DNA from: the human T2T-CHM13v2.0 reference genome, Homo sapiens
DNA: 64,000 bases
Strand: one strand, 5' to 3'
Assembly: GCF_009914755.1 (NCBI RefSeq)
Contig: NC_060936.1
Part shown: one piece after another, positions 43,394 to 61,800 of the stretch
How positions within the stretch are numbered: the stretch's first letter is position 1
Layout of the letters: each line of letters starts with the position of its first letter
Notes under the pieces: model-generated
Database searches by the model: none
What the model was told of the DNA's origin: nothing
The model's input: only the letters and a program-made list of their open reading frames with translations
Made by a program: the position numbers and the translations under genes

Positions 43394-45149
43394 AATAAAT
43401 AACTAAAACAACTCAAATCACAATGGTATGCCTATAAATAAATTTATGCATATTCATATTTTATTCTAGTATAAATGTAAAGAAGAAACTTTGGAACTGT
43501 TTTGGTCACTAAACATTTTGGTTTTGCATAATAAAAGAACAAAGTCATTGTTTCTTGGAAACATATTAATCTAAGCATCTAAACTCTGGTCATGCCAGTG
43601 AGTGGCCATTAGTCTCAACACTTCCCTCTCTAAAATGATTCCAGCTGTGTCATCCCCACATAAAGAGCATGGCACTCCCTGCTATGTTGTCATTTGTTCA
43701 ATTGGATTCATCAATCTTTATTTAGAGCCCACTGTGTTTGACATTGTGATGAATATAACACCCAGTGAACTGTTTTGTTTTCAAAGGATTTCTCTAATAT
43801 AGTTAAAACAAAACATATAAACCTAACACAATTAAAGAGTGATACCTCACAAAACAAACAACTTTTAAAATGTGTAAGATGAATAATAAGCACTTTGTGT
43901 CCAGAAAAGGGAGACAATGGGTAGCATAGCAATAATAAAATTAATGATTATTATATTTTATATAAAGTATATACTATACTTTATACATGAATTATATAAT
44001 TTAAGTGGGGAACAGATGTGAGATGAGATTTGAAGAAAGTTAGGATTGAAGCAGGCATGGTGAGCTTTCCAGTTAGAACACTATGCAAGAATATTGACTT
44101 TGGCAGACATTTTCATACTTATTTAGAGATAAAGTTGATTATCTTTTTAAAGTTATATTTCTTCTAAAACAGTTTCTATTTGGCATGAAAAGTGTAGCTA
44201 ATTTACCTTAAGGGTCAACAAAAGTGGGGGAAAAAGTCCTTTAAATTTCATGTTAAAATGATTAGCAACAGTAATTCCCCTCCTGAAATATCTAATAACT
44301 TGTCTATTTTATTTCCATCAGACTTAGCATATTCTACTTAGGCTTACCTGACTTATAGAAACTTCAGAATATTCTGCAAATTAATGTTTTGTTTTCAGCT
44401 GTCAACTATCACCTCCTTTTATCATTCCTTAACTCAACAAGTGTTTAATGAGCATGTATTCAGTACTGGCTGGTTATATGCACCTCTTTTGCTGTGCTTG
44501 TTTATATCAACTCTAAGTTAAATTACTTTTAAATGAATATTTATGGATTAAGCATACTCATTAAATACAGCATCTCTAAAGTTTTTTCTAAATACAATGT
44601 TGCCTTTTCTTAGTAGGTTGTCTACTGGCCCAGGGCAATCTCAGGCAAACCATAAGCCTCGAAACCTCTCTGGGCATTGGTTCCTTCATTTGACAATGGA
44701 GAACATGGATAAGTCCTAAGATTGCTTCTTGATTAAGCACGCAATGATTTGTTTTCAAAGAATATAATGTAAATTGAATTTGGGGAAATCAAATAATAAT
44801 TTAAATCAAGTACATAAATTATTCTAGGAGAACTCTGTTGTAAATCTTATTGTGAAGTAAATATTCTATATAGTAAAAAATAGTTCTTAATTTTTATCTT
44901 TTTCTTTTTGGTAAGGGCAGAAAATTGTGATGGTGAATCTAACTGGTGAAGTAGGAAAGTTGTTGACAGAAACTAAGTCACAGGCAGAATAGTCATCAGA
45001 ATACGGCCACAAAGTTCTAACTAGATAATAGCCAAGGTGACTTTGTTAATAATTTATCCAAAAGTGTTTTACCCATACTTACCATGTTCAAAACATTGAA
45101 TAAAGAGCCGAAGAAAATAGGAGCTCAGGAAGATTATATTCCAGAAAGA

Positions 45150-45560
45150 AACAAAGATATTAAGGAGGGGGGATGTGGCAATTTTTGAGGAATGAATAAG
45201 GATTATCTTGTAGGAACAAAAAGAACGTGTGATTGGAGCACTGTAGCAGGATGAAACTGAAAGCGTAAGCAGGAGCAAATTATGCAGTCTTGTAGGACAC
45301 GTTAAAGATATTGGGCTTGATCTACAAGAAAGGGAAAATGTTGAAGGAATTTTAACAAGGGAAGGGCATAATCATTTTTGTATCTTTTAAAAGAGAATAC
45401 TTTGGCTTTATGTGCAAATGAATGGAGGAGGGTGAGAACAGATAGAGACTCAGTTAAGAGACCATAGCAGAGGACCCGAAAAGCTAGAGTATGGTAGGGA
45501 AGAAGACATGCAGAGTCATGGTCTTGAGGATGAGTTTGGGAGTATTGGAATAATGAAGTT
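45150..45560 (-). mobile_element. L2 fragment
   Basis: Purine-rich L2-like motifs (TTGTAGGACACGTTAAAGATATTGG, GGAATTTTAACAAGGGAAG, TTTTAAAAGAGAATACTTTGGC). Confidence 0.55.
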
Positions 45561-46287
45561 TACATCTCTATTGCCGAAATGAGGATTAGTCGTGACCACT
45601 CAAGGCAGGAGCCAGCCCCACTTATGAGGGAGAGAAGGCAGCAGAGTCTGGGGACAGGCTCCTAGACACCTTCTGGATCAGATACTTCCTCTAGAAATGA
45701 GGGAGTTCAAGTCTAGGCAGGATGTGACTTTTCCAAGTCTCACAAATGATAAGAGGTAAAATTAGGTCCAAAACCTGAATCCAAAAAAACTGTTCTGGCC
45801 ACCATAGGCTATTAGTGCTTTTGGAACACTTCCCACCTTACCAGATCCTCCTCCTACATAAAATTGAGATTATAGTATATATCCTGGATACACATGGCCA
45901 ACCCAACTTATTCCTCCTTCTGTTATATAACTTTTAAGTCAATAACTTTTCAGATCTACAGCTAATTTAGGAGAATTACCCCAGCAAATAATTCTATTAA
46001 GCCATGTTTGGAGTCAGCAGGTTGCTATGTAAAGCCAAAACAAATTGTTTTTCTACGTGAGAAGATGACATTTCTCCCCACTCTAATAAGGTAATTTTAT
46101 TGCATTATTAGGCCATACATTGCTGTGAGTAGGCAGACTCACAGTATAAAGAAAAAATGATTTCTATTGATTGTTCAGAAATAAAGCAATAACTCTCCCT
46201 ATTTTAACTGAAGCAAAGAACAGAACATAATGAAACAAAGAATATGCTGGGAGATAATGTAAAATGAAAAGGGAGACTTTTCCCCCC

Positions 46288-47940
46288 AAGTTTTATTTTA
46301 AGTAAAAAGGATCCATGTGCATATTTGTTACACGTGTGTTGCTGGGGCTTGGTGTACAAATTATTTCATCACACAGGTAATGGTGATGAAACGGTGATCA
46401 GGTACCAACTTTTTTGGTACCCAATAGGTAGTGTTTCAATCCTCACCCTTCTCTCAACCTCCACCCTAAAGTAGGTGTCTATTGTTCCCTTCTTTGTGTC
46501 CATGTGTACTCAATGTTTAGCTTCCACTTATAAGTGAGAATGTGGGGTATTTGGTTTTATGTTCCTGCGTTAATTCACTTAGGATAATGTCATCCAGCTG
46601 CATCCATGTTGCTGCAAAGGACATGATCTCATTTTTAATGGCTGCATAATATTTCATGTTGTATAGGTATCATACTTTCTTTTTCCAATCCACTGTTAAT
46701 GGGCATCAGGTCATCGAGGTTGATTCCATGTCTTTGCTACTGTGAATAGTGCTGCAACGAACATACACATGCATGTGTCCTTACGGTAGAATGATTTATA
46801 TTCTTTTCAGTATGTACCCAGTAATGGGATTTCTGGGTTGATTGGTAGTTCTGTTTTAAGTTCTTTGAGAAATCTCCAAACTGCTTTCCACAGTGGCTGA
46901 ACTATTTACATTCCCACTAGCAGTGCATAAGTGTTCCCTTTTCTCTACAACCTCACCAGCATCTGTTATTTTTGGACGTTTTTGATAACAGCCATTCTGA
47001 CTGGTGGGAGTTGGATCTCATTGTGGTTTTGATTTGCATTTCTCTAATTACTAGTGATGTTGAACATTTTTTCGCATGCTTGTTGGTCATGTGCATGTCT
47101 TCTTTTGAAAAGCATCTGTTCATGTCCTTTGCCCACTTTTTAATGGGGTTGTTTGCTTTTTGCTTCTAAATGTGTTTAAGTTCCTTATAAATTCTTGATG
47201 TTAGACCTCTGCTGGATACATAGTATGCAAATATTTTCTCCCATTCTATAGGTTGTCTGCTTACTTTGTTGATAGTTTCTTTTGCTATGCAAAGCTCTTT
47301 AGTTTAATTAGGTCTCACTTGTCAATTTTGGTTTTTGTTGCAATTTTTTTTGGAGTTTTTGTCATGAAATCTTTGCCAGAGCCTGTGTCCAGAGTTGTAT
47401 TTCCTCTGTTTTCTTCTAGGATTTTTTTTTTTAGAGTTTTAGGCTTTACATTTAAGACTTTAATCCATCTTGAGTTGATTTTTGCACATGGTGAAAGGAA
47501 GGGGTCCAGTTTCAATCTGCTGCATAAGCCTAGCCAGTTATCCCAGCACCATTTATTGAATAGAGAGTCCTTTCCCCATTGCTTGTTATTGTCAGTTTTG
47601 TCAAAGATCAGATGGTTTATAGGTGTGTGGCTTTATTTCTGGGTTCTCTGTTTTGTTCTATTGATCTATGTGTCTGCTTTTGTACCAGTATCATGCTGTT
47701 TGGGTTATTATAGCCTTGTAGTACATTTAGAAGTAAGGTAGTGTGATGCCTCCAGCTTTGTTCCTTTTGTTTAGGATTGCCTTGACTACTCGGCCTCTTT
47801 ATTGGTTCTATGTGAATTTTACAATAGTTTTTTCTAATTCTGTGAAAAGCGTCATTGGTAATTTGATATGAATAGCATTGAATCTATAAATTTCTTCAGA
47901 GAGTATAGCCATTTTAACAATATTGACCTTCCTCTCCATT
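46288..47940 (-). mobile_element. Older L1 3' portion (late L1PA/L1PB-like)
   Basis: Antisense 3' UTR and degenerate ORF2 ([18 protein letters not shown]; [16 protein letters not shown]). Confidence 0.88.
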
Positions 47941-49119
47941 ATCATAGAATATTTTACCCTTTGTGTCATCTCTGATTTCTGAAAAGGAAGATTTAACTCT
48001 GGTATAATTTCTTGCCAAAAGAGGTACATTAAATTACACACAATACAGCTCTAAAATAAATAGGAGAATTTTAAAAAAATATAGAAGTCATTACGGAAGA
48101 GCTCATTTATTCCTTTTAAAGTTAATTATCATAGGTGGTATTTATATACAGGGGATAGTTAGATGTTTACACTAGTGCAATTTTGTGCCTTCTCATTGTC
48201 AGATAATCACTCCAGGCATCATATGCCTCTTTTTTATTTCAGAATTCCTAAATACATTGAGTGCATTGGTTGAGATAATATATCATAACTAAAATGATTC
48301 TATTGACCAACTTAGGCCATTTGCCCTTAGAATTGAATTCCAAGTAAAGATATACAAAGTATTTATTTCACTAATTAACTAAGGATACTGTTCCAATGTC
48401 CTGGAAATTTTATTTAAAGATTTGCTTCTGTTTATTTTACATGACAATTATAGTAATGCAATATAAATATGTAAAGACATCCAGGTGAGATGGAAGCATT
48501 GGGCAATGGATGTGGATTGGATGAGGAGCCAAGAGCTAGGCTCTATTTCTATCTCTGACTTATGAGCTGTGAGACCTTGGCAAATTTCCTTAATCAGGCT
48601 GAATTTCAGTTCCCTCTTTTAAAAATCTTAAAATCTATTTAAAAAGAACTCTTTTAAAAACTCAAAAAAATGTTTCTTGCCTGGCCAATTCACAGTGTGG
48701 TGAGGGGCACTCAAGAGGAAATACTATTAAAATAATAAATGGTATAGAAACATAGATATTAATGTTAAGGGTAAAGGTAACATAGGTTTTTTTGAGGGTC
48801 AAAATATTTTATTTGTAAAGCGCTTTGAAATGATCAGAGATGCTATAAACACAAACTATAGTTGTGGATCTGGTAAATATAAATGCTGAGCTAAAAAGTC
48901 CCCAAATGGTTTGAAATCCATGTGTGGCACTGGAAAGGAGATGGAGGATGGAGGCAATTAGGAAAACAGTGGTGAAATATGTAGAGACATCCTGCCTATG
49001 GAGGACTTCCGGGAGCAAAACAAGAAAAGATTGCCCCAAATGGTCCAGTACCACTGCTGATCTAATGCTGTTCAGTTATCAGTTACTAAGTGGCAGTTAC
49101 CCTAATATTATGACATGTA

Positions 49120-51210
49120 ATTTTTTAAGAGACAAATAATAATTGTATATATTTAAGAGGTATAATGTGATGTTTTGATATATGTATATATTGTGGAATG
49201 ATTAACTCAAGCTAATTAATATATCCATCACCTCATATACTCACATATACTCTTTTTTTTGTGGTGAGAGCATTTAAAATACACTCTTTTAACAATTTTG
49301 AAATATATAATACATTATTATTAACTGTAGTCATCATGCTATTCAATAGACCAGTAAAACTTATTCTTCTTATCTAACTGAAATTTTATAGCCTTTGAAC
49401 AACATCTTCCCTTTTCCCCACAGCCAAGCCCTGGCAAACACCATTCTACTCTCTGCATCTATAGATTTGGCTTTTGTTTTTTTGTTTTTTTTTTTGGATT
49501 CTAGACGAGTGATATTATGCAGCAATTGTGTGGCTGTACCTAGCTTACTTCACTTAGCATAATGTCCTTCAGGTTCATCCACATTGCTGCTAATGACAGG
49601 ATTTCCTTATTCATTAAGGTTAAATAATATATATAAACACACACTACATTTTCCTATTTCATTCATCCATTGATAGTCACTTAGAGTTATTTCATATCTT
49701 GGCTATTGGGATAATCCTTCAGTGAATATTCGGGTGGAGATACCTCTGACATACTGATTTCAGTTCCTTTGGATATACAACCAGAAATGGGATTGCTGGA
49801 TCATATGGTAGATCTATTTTTACTTTATTAAGGAAACTCCATACTGTTTTCTATAATGTCTATACTAATTTTTCATTTCCACCAACAATGTGAAAGGATT
49901 CCCTTTTGTTCATGTCCTTGCTAACACTTGTTATATCTTGTCTTTTTGTAATAGCTATTCTAACAGGAGTGAGGTAATATCTCACTACAGTTTTGATTTG
50001 CATTTCCTTGATAATTAATGACGTTGACCATTTTTTCATATACCTGTTGGCCATTTGTATATCTTCTTTTGAGAAATATCTATTCTGGTACTTTGCCCAT
50101 TTTTTAATCAGGTTATTTTTTTTCTTGCTATTGAGTTGCTTGAGTTTAATATATATTTCTGCCCAGTTCGATATATATAACTGCCCCGATCAATGTCATG
50201 GAGCTTTTTGCCTATGTTTTCTTGTAGCATGTGTGGGTTTGCTTCTGGGTGCTCTATTTGGTTCCATTGGTTGATATTTCTGTTTTTAAGGCCAATATCA
50301 TGAGATTTTGATTACTATAGCTTTATAATATATGTTGAGATGAGGTAATGCCATGCCTTCCCTTGTTCTTTTGGCTCAAATTTGTTGCAGCTATTTGGGG
50401 TCTTTTATGGTTTTACATGAGTTTTGGGGTTTTAAAAAATTTCTGTGAAAAATGGCATTGGAATTTGGATAGGGATTGCATTGAATATGTAGATAGCTTT
50501 GGGTAGTATGGATATTTTAACAATATTAATTTTTCCAACCCACAAACATGGGATATCTTCTCATTTATTTATGTCATCTTAGATTTCTTTCATCAATATT
50601 TTAGACTTTTCAGTGTACAAATCTTTGACTGTCTTAGTTAAATTTACTCCTAAGTATTTTCCATGTAATTTTTGTATGTTGATTTTGTATCTTGAAACTT
50701 TACTAAATTTATTTATTAGTTCTAACAGTTTTTGGTGGAATCTTTAGGGTTTTCTATGTATAAGATTATTTGGTCAGCAAATAGAGACAATTTCACTTCT
50801 TCCTTTCTGATTGGATGCCTTTTATTTTTTTCTTTTTCTTTTTCCTTTTCTTTTTCTTTCTTTCTCTCTTTTGCCCAATTGCTCTGGCAATTAGAACTTC
50901 CAGTACTATATTGAATAGAAGTGTGAGAGTGGACATCCTTGTCTTGGTCCCTGTCTTAGAAGAAAAGTTTTCAACTTTTTACCATTAAGTATGATGTTAG
51001 CTATAGGCTAGTGATCTATGGCCTTTATTGTGTTGAGGTACATTCCTTCTATACCTAATTTGTTGAGAATTTTTATCATGAAAGTGTGTTGAATTTTGTC
51101 AACTTCTTTTTCTGCATCTATCAAGATGATCGATCATATGGCTTTTACTTTTCATTCTGATAATATGGTGAATCATTTTATTGGTTTCTGTATGTGGAAC
51201 CATCCTAGGC
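49120..51210 (-). mobile_element. L1MA fragment with internal deletions
   Basis: GACAAATAATAATTGTATATATTT...CAAGCTAATTAATATATCCATCACCTC 3' end and an ORF2 remnant [22 protein letters not shown]. Confidence 0.85.
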
Positions 51211-51308
51211 AAGTCAGATTTTGGATTTCCTCCTTTATGTTCCATTCTGTAACATGTTAATGGGAACCGGAATTCAGATCAGAATAACAGCTTAGGAACC
51301 AAAGCAGG

Positions 51309-51363
51309 TATATATATATGTGTGTGTGTGTGTGCGTGTGTGTGTATATTCTAATATATATAT
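51309..51363. repeat. (TA)n-(TG)n microsatellite
   Basis: TATATATATATGTGTGTG... Confidence 0.85.
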
Positions 51364-51755
51364 TAGAAAAGTTTTGTTGCTGATTTTAATAAACATCTGT
51401 TGAATCCAAAGAAGTATCCTGGGTGTGGGAAAGATAAACTTTTAGGCATATCAACAGCAAAATTGCTTTAAATTTTTATTAGATTTAGTGGAAAGTTTTC
51501 ATTACATTTTATTTAATTTAAAAATTCATAAAATTTTATAAGATTTTTCTTAAAACGTGAAAGGGAAGAGAGAACTTCCTCACCCTCATTTACTGAAAGT
51601 TTTCCTAAAATATATTTCATAGAACAATAGTTCTTAAAAAAAAACTTCTGCAAAATAAAATATCCATGGTGAAATAAGTTTAAAATATTCAGAGACTCTG
51701 ATGGCATTTTAAATGCTCTGAGAAATGCTGTAATATATTATTATAAGTGTATCTG

Positions 51756-54781
<3,026 letters not shown>

Positions 54782-56519
54782 AAGTGTATCTGTATTTTTG
54801 TGTTCATGAAGGGGGTATTCATATCTACATATTCATGTAGATATGTGAAGATACAATTTTCTGACTGTGATTTTATCACATCCCTCGATTTTTCCACTGT
54901 TCCATCCTTCTGTCACTCATCTGTTTCTCAGTCTTCAACTGCAGAACAAGAAGCTGAGGCAGAGACATAATGAACACTTATTAAACTGCTTGTATGGTAT
55001 AAAAACAAAAAAGACGGTCAACAAAAAGCTGGTTAGGAAAATATAAAAATCGGTCTTTATACAAACTGGCTTTTAGTAAATTGGTGTGCTGCCAGAAATA
55101 GGACGGAAAAATGCTCCTGTGTAGCATGAGCAGGAGCCAGCAGCTCCAGTATGCTCCAGTGACTGACAGTTCAGGTTACTCCATGGCAGAGTCTAGGGAC
55201 ATGGGCAGCCTAAGCCAGGGGACAGATGGAGGACAAGCTTGAGACTTGAACCATCTTAGCATCAATGAAAGCTATGATGGAAGCAAAGCAAGTCAGGAAG
55301 GAGGCTGGAATTCCCTGCCATGCAGTGAGGACACACCCCAAATTCCACCAGCTGCAGAACTTTAGCAGGAGAATCATCAAGGCTTCACATAGAGAAGCCA
55401 GGAAATACAAGTTAAACCTCAACCAGAGGCCAATGGGAACCAGTAGAGGCAAGGGTCCCCTTTCCCAAAGTCTCATGGTGTGCGGTGCAGAGGCATCCCT
55501 TTGAACTAGGCCTCATGATGGGAAGGAGGAGGGGGAGTGTGACTCTTTGAAAGGATAGAAGCATCCTTGATAGGAAATTTGAATTTTGAATTATCAGACT
55601 ATTTCCCCAAAAGACTGAGTTAATCCAATAAAATCAATAGTTCTGACAGCACACTTATAATGATATTTTAGGAAATAATAAGGAGTTTAAGCTGCTTGAC
55701 GCCTGACCTGTAGTCCCCAGCACAGAGCCTCATACGACACAAGCCTAAAATAAATATTTGCCGAAACTCTGATAACATAGTTCAAAATGAATATCTAGAA
55801 ATAGAGAAAGCCAATTTTGTTCGGCTCAATTCTTTCTCAGCCACAGAGATGTATTTTGAGAAACTTTAGTGTTGCTTTCACACATCACATTCTTTTAGGT
55901 CACGTCAAGTGATCAACTTCACATTAGGTAAAGAGTATTTCCTCGTAGCAAGACCCTCACATTACAGACCAAACTGCCACATGAGTTATCTGTAGGGCCC
56001 AGACATCCCTCATGTACGAATACTTTAAACACCTCATAAAATGAATAGGGTAATTTTATAAGTATGAAAATTATGGAACCAAAGAGATTCACATTTTTGT
56101 TCTTGACTAAAAAAGATGCATTTATTGCAATCTTGTGTTTTTACTTGACATAAAGAGTAAATACTTTGCCTTCCAATTTGGCTTTCTAGTGGCGTTCCAC
56201 ATCCCAATGGCAGTTTTTAAGTGCTACTCGACTGATATCAAGGATGTTGTCTTATATCAGAGCAGCTTGGATTTTCTACATTCTTATAAACTTTCCTACT
56301 ATAAACTTGTTACCATGTTGTGTGATTCCAGAAATGATTTTGGGAAATATCTGTCTCTTGATGTTTGTATTAGTGATTCCTTACCTGTGTGTCTTGCCTT
56401 ATCTGATTTCTCCCACACTTTCAAATCTGCAAAGTTGAAGCCAGTTTGGAATATCTAGTGTTCCTTTCTGTCCAGAACAGCAAAGGTTAAGGTAGGGTAC
56501 ACCTGGTTGCTGTATGTCA

Positions 56520-56610
56520 GGTGATTCTCAGTCCTGACTGCACATTAGAATCACCTAGAAAGCTTTTGAAATTACAGATGATTATAATGTGTAGCTGAGG
56601 TTGAGAACCA
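56520..56610. mobile_element. Internally deleted MER5A-like DNA element
   Basis: GTGATTCTCA...TGCACATTAGAATCACCT...GGTTGAGAACCA with terminal inverted repeat-like ends. Confidence 0.7.
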
Positions 56611-56768
56611 TATTCAAAATGAAGTTCCTCTAAGTAGAAATCCACAAAATAGAAGTCACTGAGCTGCAGAGGAACACAACCCATTTATCTTTGCTCTTTT
56701 ATGTATATCTTCTTCATTCTACTCCTTCCCACTGCCCCACCAGGTTTTTGGATGAAGAGCACTATCCT

Positions 56769-57088
56769 CTTTTTTTTTTTTTTTTGGTGGGGGGACAGAG
56801 TCTCGCTTAGTCGCTCAAGCTGGAGTAGTGCATTGGCATGATCAGATCGCAGCTCACTGCAACCTCCTCCTCCTGGGTTAAAGCTATTCTCCTGCCTCAG
56901 CCTCTACAGTAGCTGGGATTACAGGCACCTGCCATTACGCCTGGCTAAGTTTTGCATTTTTAGTAGAGACGGGGTTTCACCATGTTGGTGGTGGGCCAGG
57001 ATGGTCTCAAACTCCTGACCTCAAGCGATTCACCCACCTTGGTTTCCCAAAGTGCTGGGATTACAGGCGTGAGCCACCGTGCCTGGTC
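56769..57088 (-). mobile_element. AluS
   Basis: Antisense Alu with a perfect 19-bp TSD GGATGAAGAGCACTATCCT (56750-56768 and 57089-57107). Confidence 0.95.
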
Positions 57089-57599
57089 GGATGAAGAGCA
57101 CTATCCTAATGTGTGCCTCTGTATGTTTTCTTTGAAGGCAGAGGAGGGGAGCAATGGGAGAAGAATGAGGATGGAAAGAGTGCTAGGGATGAGTAGACAC
57201 AATGTTACAATGGCCAACTAGCACAAGCTGAAGGTTCCATCTTCCTACCCAATACTGAGGGATGATTTCAAAGTGAGAGGAAAGTGTGTAAATCTGAAGG
57301 ACCAAGGATAAAGTAGGAGACAGAAGGTAGTTGTGTCCTAGGGAGGAAAGGCAGCCTAGAGGAGATCATAAGGGCATTAATGTTTTGGAAAAGAGCAATG
57401 AGTGGGTAAAAAATAGGAAGGTTCTCTGAGGGGAAAACCATCTCCCCTCCCTGGCCACTTAAAGTCACAGGAGTGAATAAGCTGGGGCCTGTGCTTTTCC
57501 ACCCCTACCCCATTGCTAGCCTAAGCAACCCATACCCCCAGGGATAAATGAGTTCTCAGGAATAATAACCAAACATACGAGGAATATAACCACTTTCTA

Positions 57600-58620
<1,021 letters not shown>

Positions 58621-58883
58621 AAACAAAAGCAGTTTTGCTGGAAGTCTAACAGCAGAGAGATTCCAGGAGGAATTTGTACATTACATGGGAAGGAAAGGTT
58701 GTGTAAATAATTTAGTGAAGATTAGCAGAAGCCACAAACAAAGTATATTCATGACATTCCAGAACTATTGATAAGACAGACATTCTTGAATGTGGAGGCT
58801 GGGGAGGGAGAGAATAAGCAAGCTAAAGTACATGTCTTCCTTGAGGGGAAGATGAAGGCATTAAGTTTAAGAAATTGATCTTC

Positions 58884-61800
58884 GGCGCCCGACTGGCAAG
58901 GTGGCCAAATAGGAACAGCTCAGGTCTGCAGCTCCCAGCGAGATCAATGCAGAAGGTGCTGCATTTCCAACTGAGGTACCCAGCTTATCTCATTGGGATT
59001 GGTTAGACAGTGGGTGCAGCCCACAAAGAGTGAACCGAAGCAGGGTGGGGCATCAACTCACCCGGAACCCGGGAAGCACAAAGGTCAGGGAACTCCCTCC
59101 CCTAGCCAAGGGAAGTCATGAAGGACTGTGCCTTGAGGAAGTGTACACTCCAGCCCAGATGCTATGCTTTTCCCACAGTCTTCACAACCTGTAGACCAGG
59201 AGATTACCTTGGGTGCCTATGCCACCAGGGCCCTGGGTTTCAAGCACAAAAGTTGGCAGCTGTTTGGGCAGACACCAAGCTAGCTGCAGGAGTTTCTTTT
59301 CATACCCCAGTGGCACCTGGAACACCAGTGAGAGAGAACTGTTCACTCCCCTGGAAAGGGGGCTGAAGCCAGGGAGCCAAGTGGTCTAGCTCAGCAGGTC
59401 CCACCCCCACAAAGCCCAGCAAGCTGAGATCCACTAGCTTGAAACTCTCACTGCCAGCACAGCAGTCTGAAGTTGACTTGGGATGCTTGAGCTTGGTGGG
59501 AAGAGGGGCGTCCACCATTACTGAGGCTTGAGTAGGTGGCTTTCCCCTCACAGTGTAAACAAAGCTGCCAGGGAGTTTGAACTGGGTGGAGCCCACCATA
59601 GCTCAGCAAAGCTTCTGTAGCCAGATTGCCTCTCTAGATTCCTCCTCTCTGGGCAGGGCATCTCTGAAAGAGAGGCAGCAGCTTCCAGACAAAGAAACAG
59701 ACAGAAATCTTTGCTGTTCTGCAGCCTCCACTGGTGATAACCAGGCAAACAGGGTTTGGAGTAGACCTCTAGTAAACTCCAGCAGACCTGCAGCAGAGGG
59801 GCCTGACTGTTAGAAGGAAAACTAACAAACAGAAAGGAATAGCATCAACATCAGCAAAAAGGATGTCCACACAGAAACCCCCACCAAAAGGTCACCAACA
59901 TCAAAGACCGAAGATAGATAAATATACAAAGATAAGGAAAAACCACCTAAAAAAGGCTAAAAATTCCAAAAATCAGAATGCCTCTTCTCCTCCAAAGGAT
60001 CACAACTCCTTGTCAGCAAGGGAACAAAACTGGATGGAGAAAGAGTTTGCTGAATAGACAAAAGTAGGCTTCAGAAGGTGGGTAATAACAAACTCCTTTG
60101 AGCTAAAGGAGCATGCAAGGAAGCTAAGAACCTTGAAAAAAGGTTGGATGAATAGCTAACTAGAATAACCAGTTTAGAGAAGAACATAAATGACCTGATG
60201 GAGCTGAAAAACACAGCATGAGAACTTCATGAAGCATACACAAGTATCGATAGTCAAATCGATCAAGTGGGAGAAAGGATATCAGAGATTGAAGATCACC
60301 TTAATGAAATAAGGTATGAAGACAAGATTAGAGAAAAAAGAATGAAAAGAAATGAACAAAGTCTCCAAGAAATATGGGACTATGTTAAAAGACCAAACCT
60401 ATGTTTGACTGGCATACCTGAAAGTGACAGGGAAAATACAACCCAAGCTGGAAAACACTCTTCAGGATATTATCCAGGAGAACTTCCCCGACCTAGCAAG
60501 GCAGGCCAACATTCAAATTCTGGAAATACAGAGAACATCACAAAGATACTCCTCAAGAAGAGCAACCCCAAGACGTATAATCATCAGATTCACCAAGGTT
60601 GAAATGAAGGAAAAAATGTTAAGGACAGCCAGAGAGAAAGGTCAGGTTACCCACAAAGGGAAGCCAATCAGACTAACAGCAGATCTCTCTGCAGAAACCC
60701 TGCAAGCCAGAAGAGAGTGAGAACCAATATTCAACATACTTAAAGAAAAGAATTTTCAACCCAGAATTTCATATCCAGCCAAACTAAGCTTCATAAGTGA
60801 AGGAGAAGTAAAATCCTTTACAGACAAGCAAATGCTAAGAGATTTTGTCACCACCAGGCCTGCCTTACAAGAGCTCCTGAGGGAAGCACTAACCATGGAA
60901 AGGAAGAACTGGTACCAGCCACTGCAAAAACATACCAAATTGTAAAGACCATTGACACTACAAAGAAATTGCATCAACTAATGGGCAAAATAACCAGCTA
61001 GCATCATAATGACAGGATCAAATTCACACATAATAATATCAACCTTAAATATAAATGGGCTAAATGCCCCAATTAAAAGACACAGACTGGCAAATTGGAT
61101 AAAGAGTCAAGACCCATCAGTTTGCTGTATTCAGGAGACTCATCTCACATGCAAAGACAAATATAGGTTCAAAATAAAGAGATGGAGGAATATTTATGAA
61201 GCAAATGGACAGCAAAAAAAAGCAGGAGTTGTAATCCTAGTCTCTATTAAAACAGACTTTAAATCAACAAAGATCAAAAAAGACAAAGAGGGGCATTACA
61301 TAATGGTAAAGGGATCAATGCAAAAAGAAGAGCTAACTATCCTAAATATATATGCACCTAATACAGAAGCATTCAGATTCATAAAGCAAGTTCTTAGAGA
61401 CCTACAAAGAGATGTAGACTCCCACACAATAACCATGGGAGACTTTAACACCCCATTGTCAGTATTCGACAGATCAACAAGACAGAAAATTAACAAGGAT
61501 ATTCAGGACTGGAACTCAGCTCTGGACCAAGTGAACCTAACAGACATCTACAGAACTCTCCACCACAAATCAACAGAATATACTTTCTTCTCAGCACCAC
61601 ATTGCACTTATTCTAAAATTAACCATATAATTGGAAGTAAAACATTCCTCAGCAAATGCAAAAGAACAGAAATCATAACAAACAGTCTCTCAGACCACAG
61701 TGTAATCAAATTAGAACTCAGGATTAAGAAACTCACTCAAAACCACACAACTACCTGGAAACTGAACAACATGCTCCTGAGTGACTACTGGGTAAATAAC

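Noticed and set aside
55210-55504. Short ORFs on both strands in a purine-rich stretch
   Set aside because: No recognisable protein similarity or exon structure. Possibly an old LTR remnant that I cannot name.
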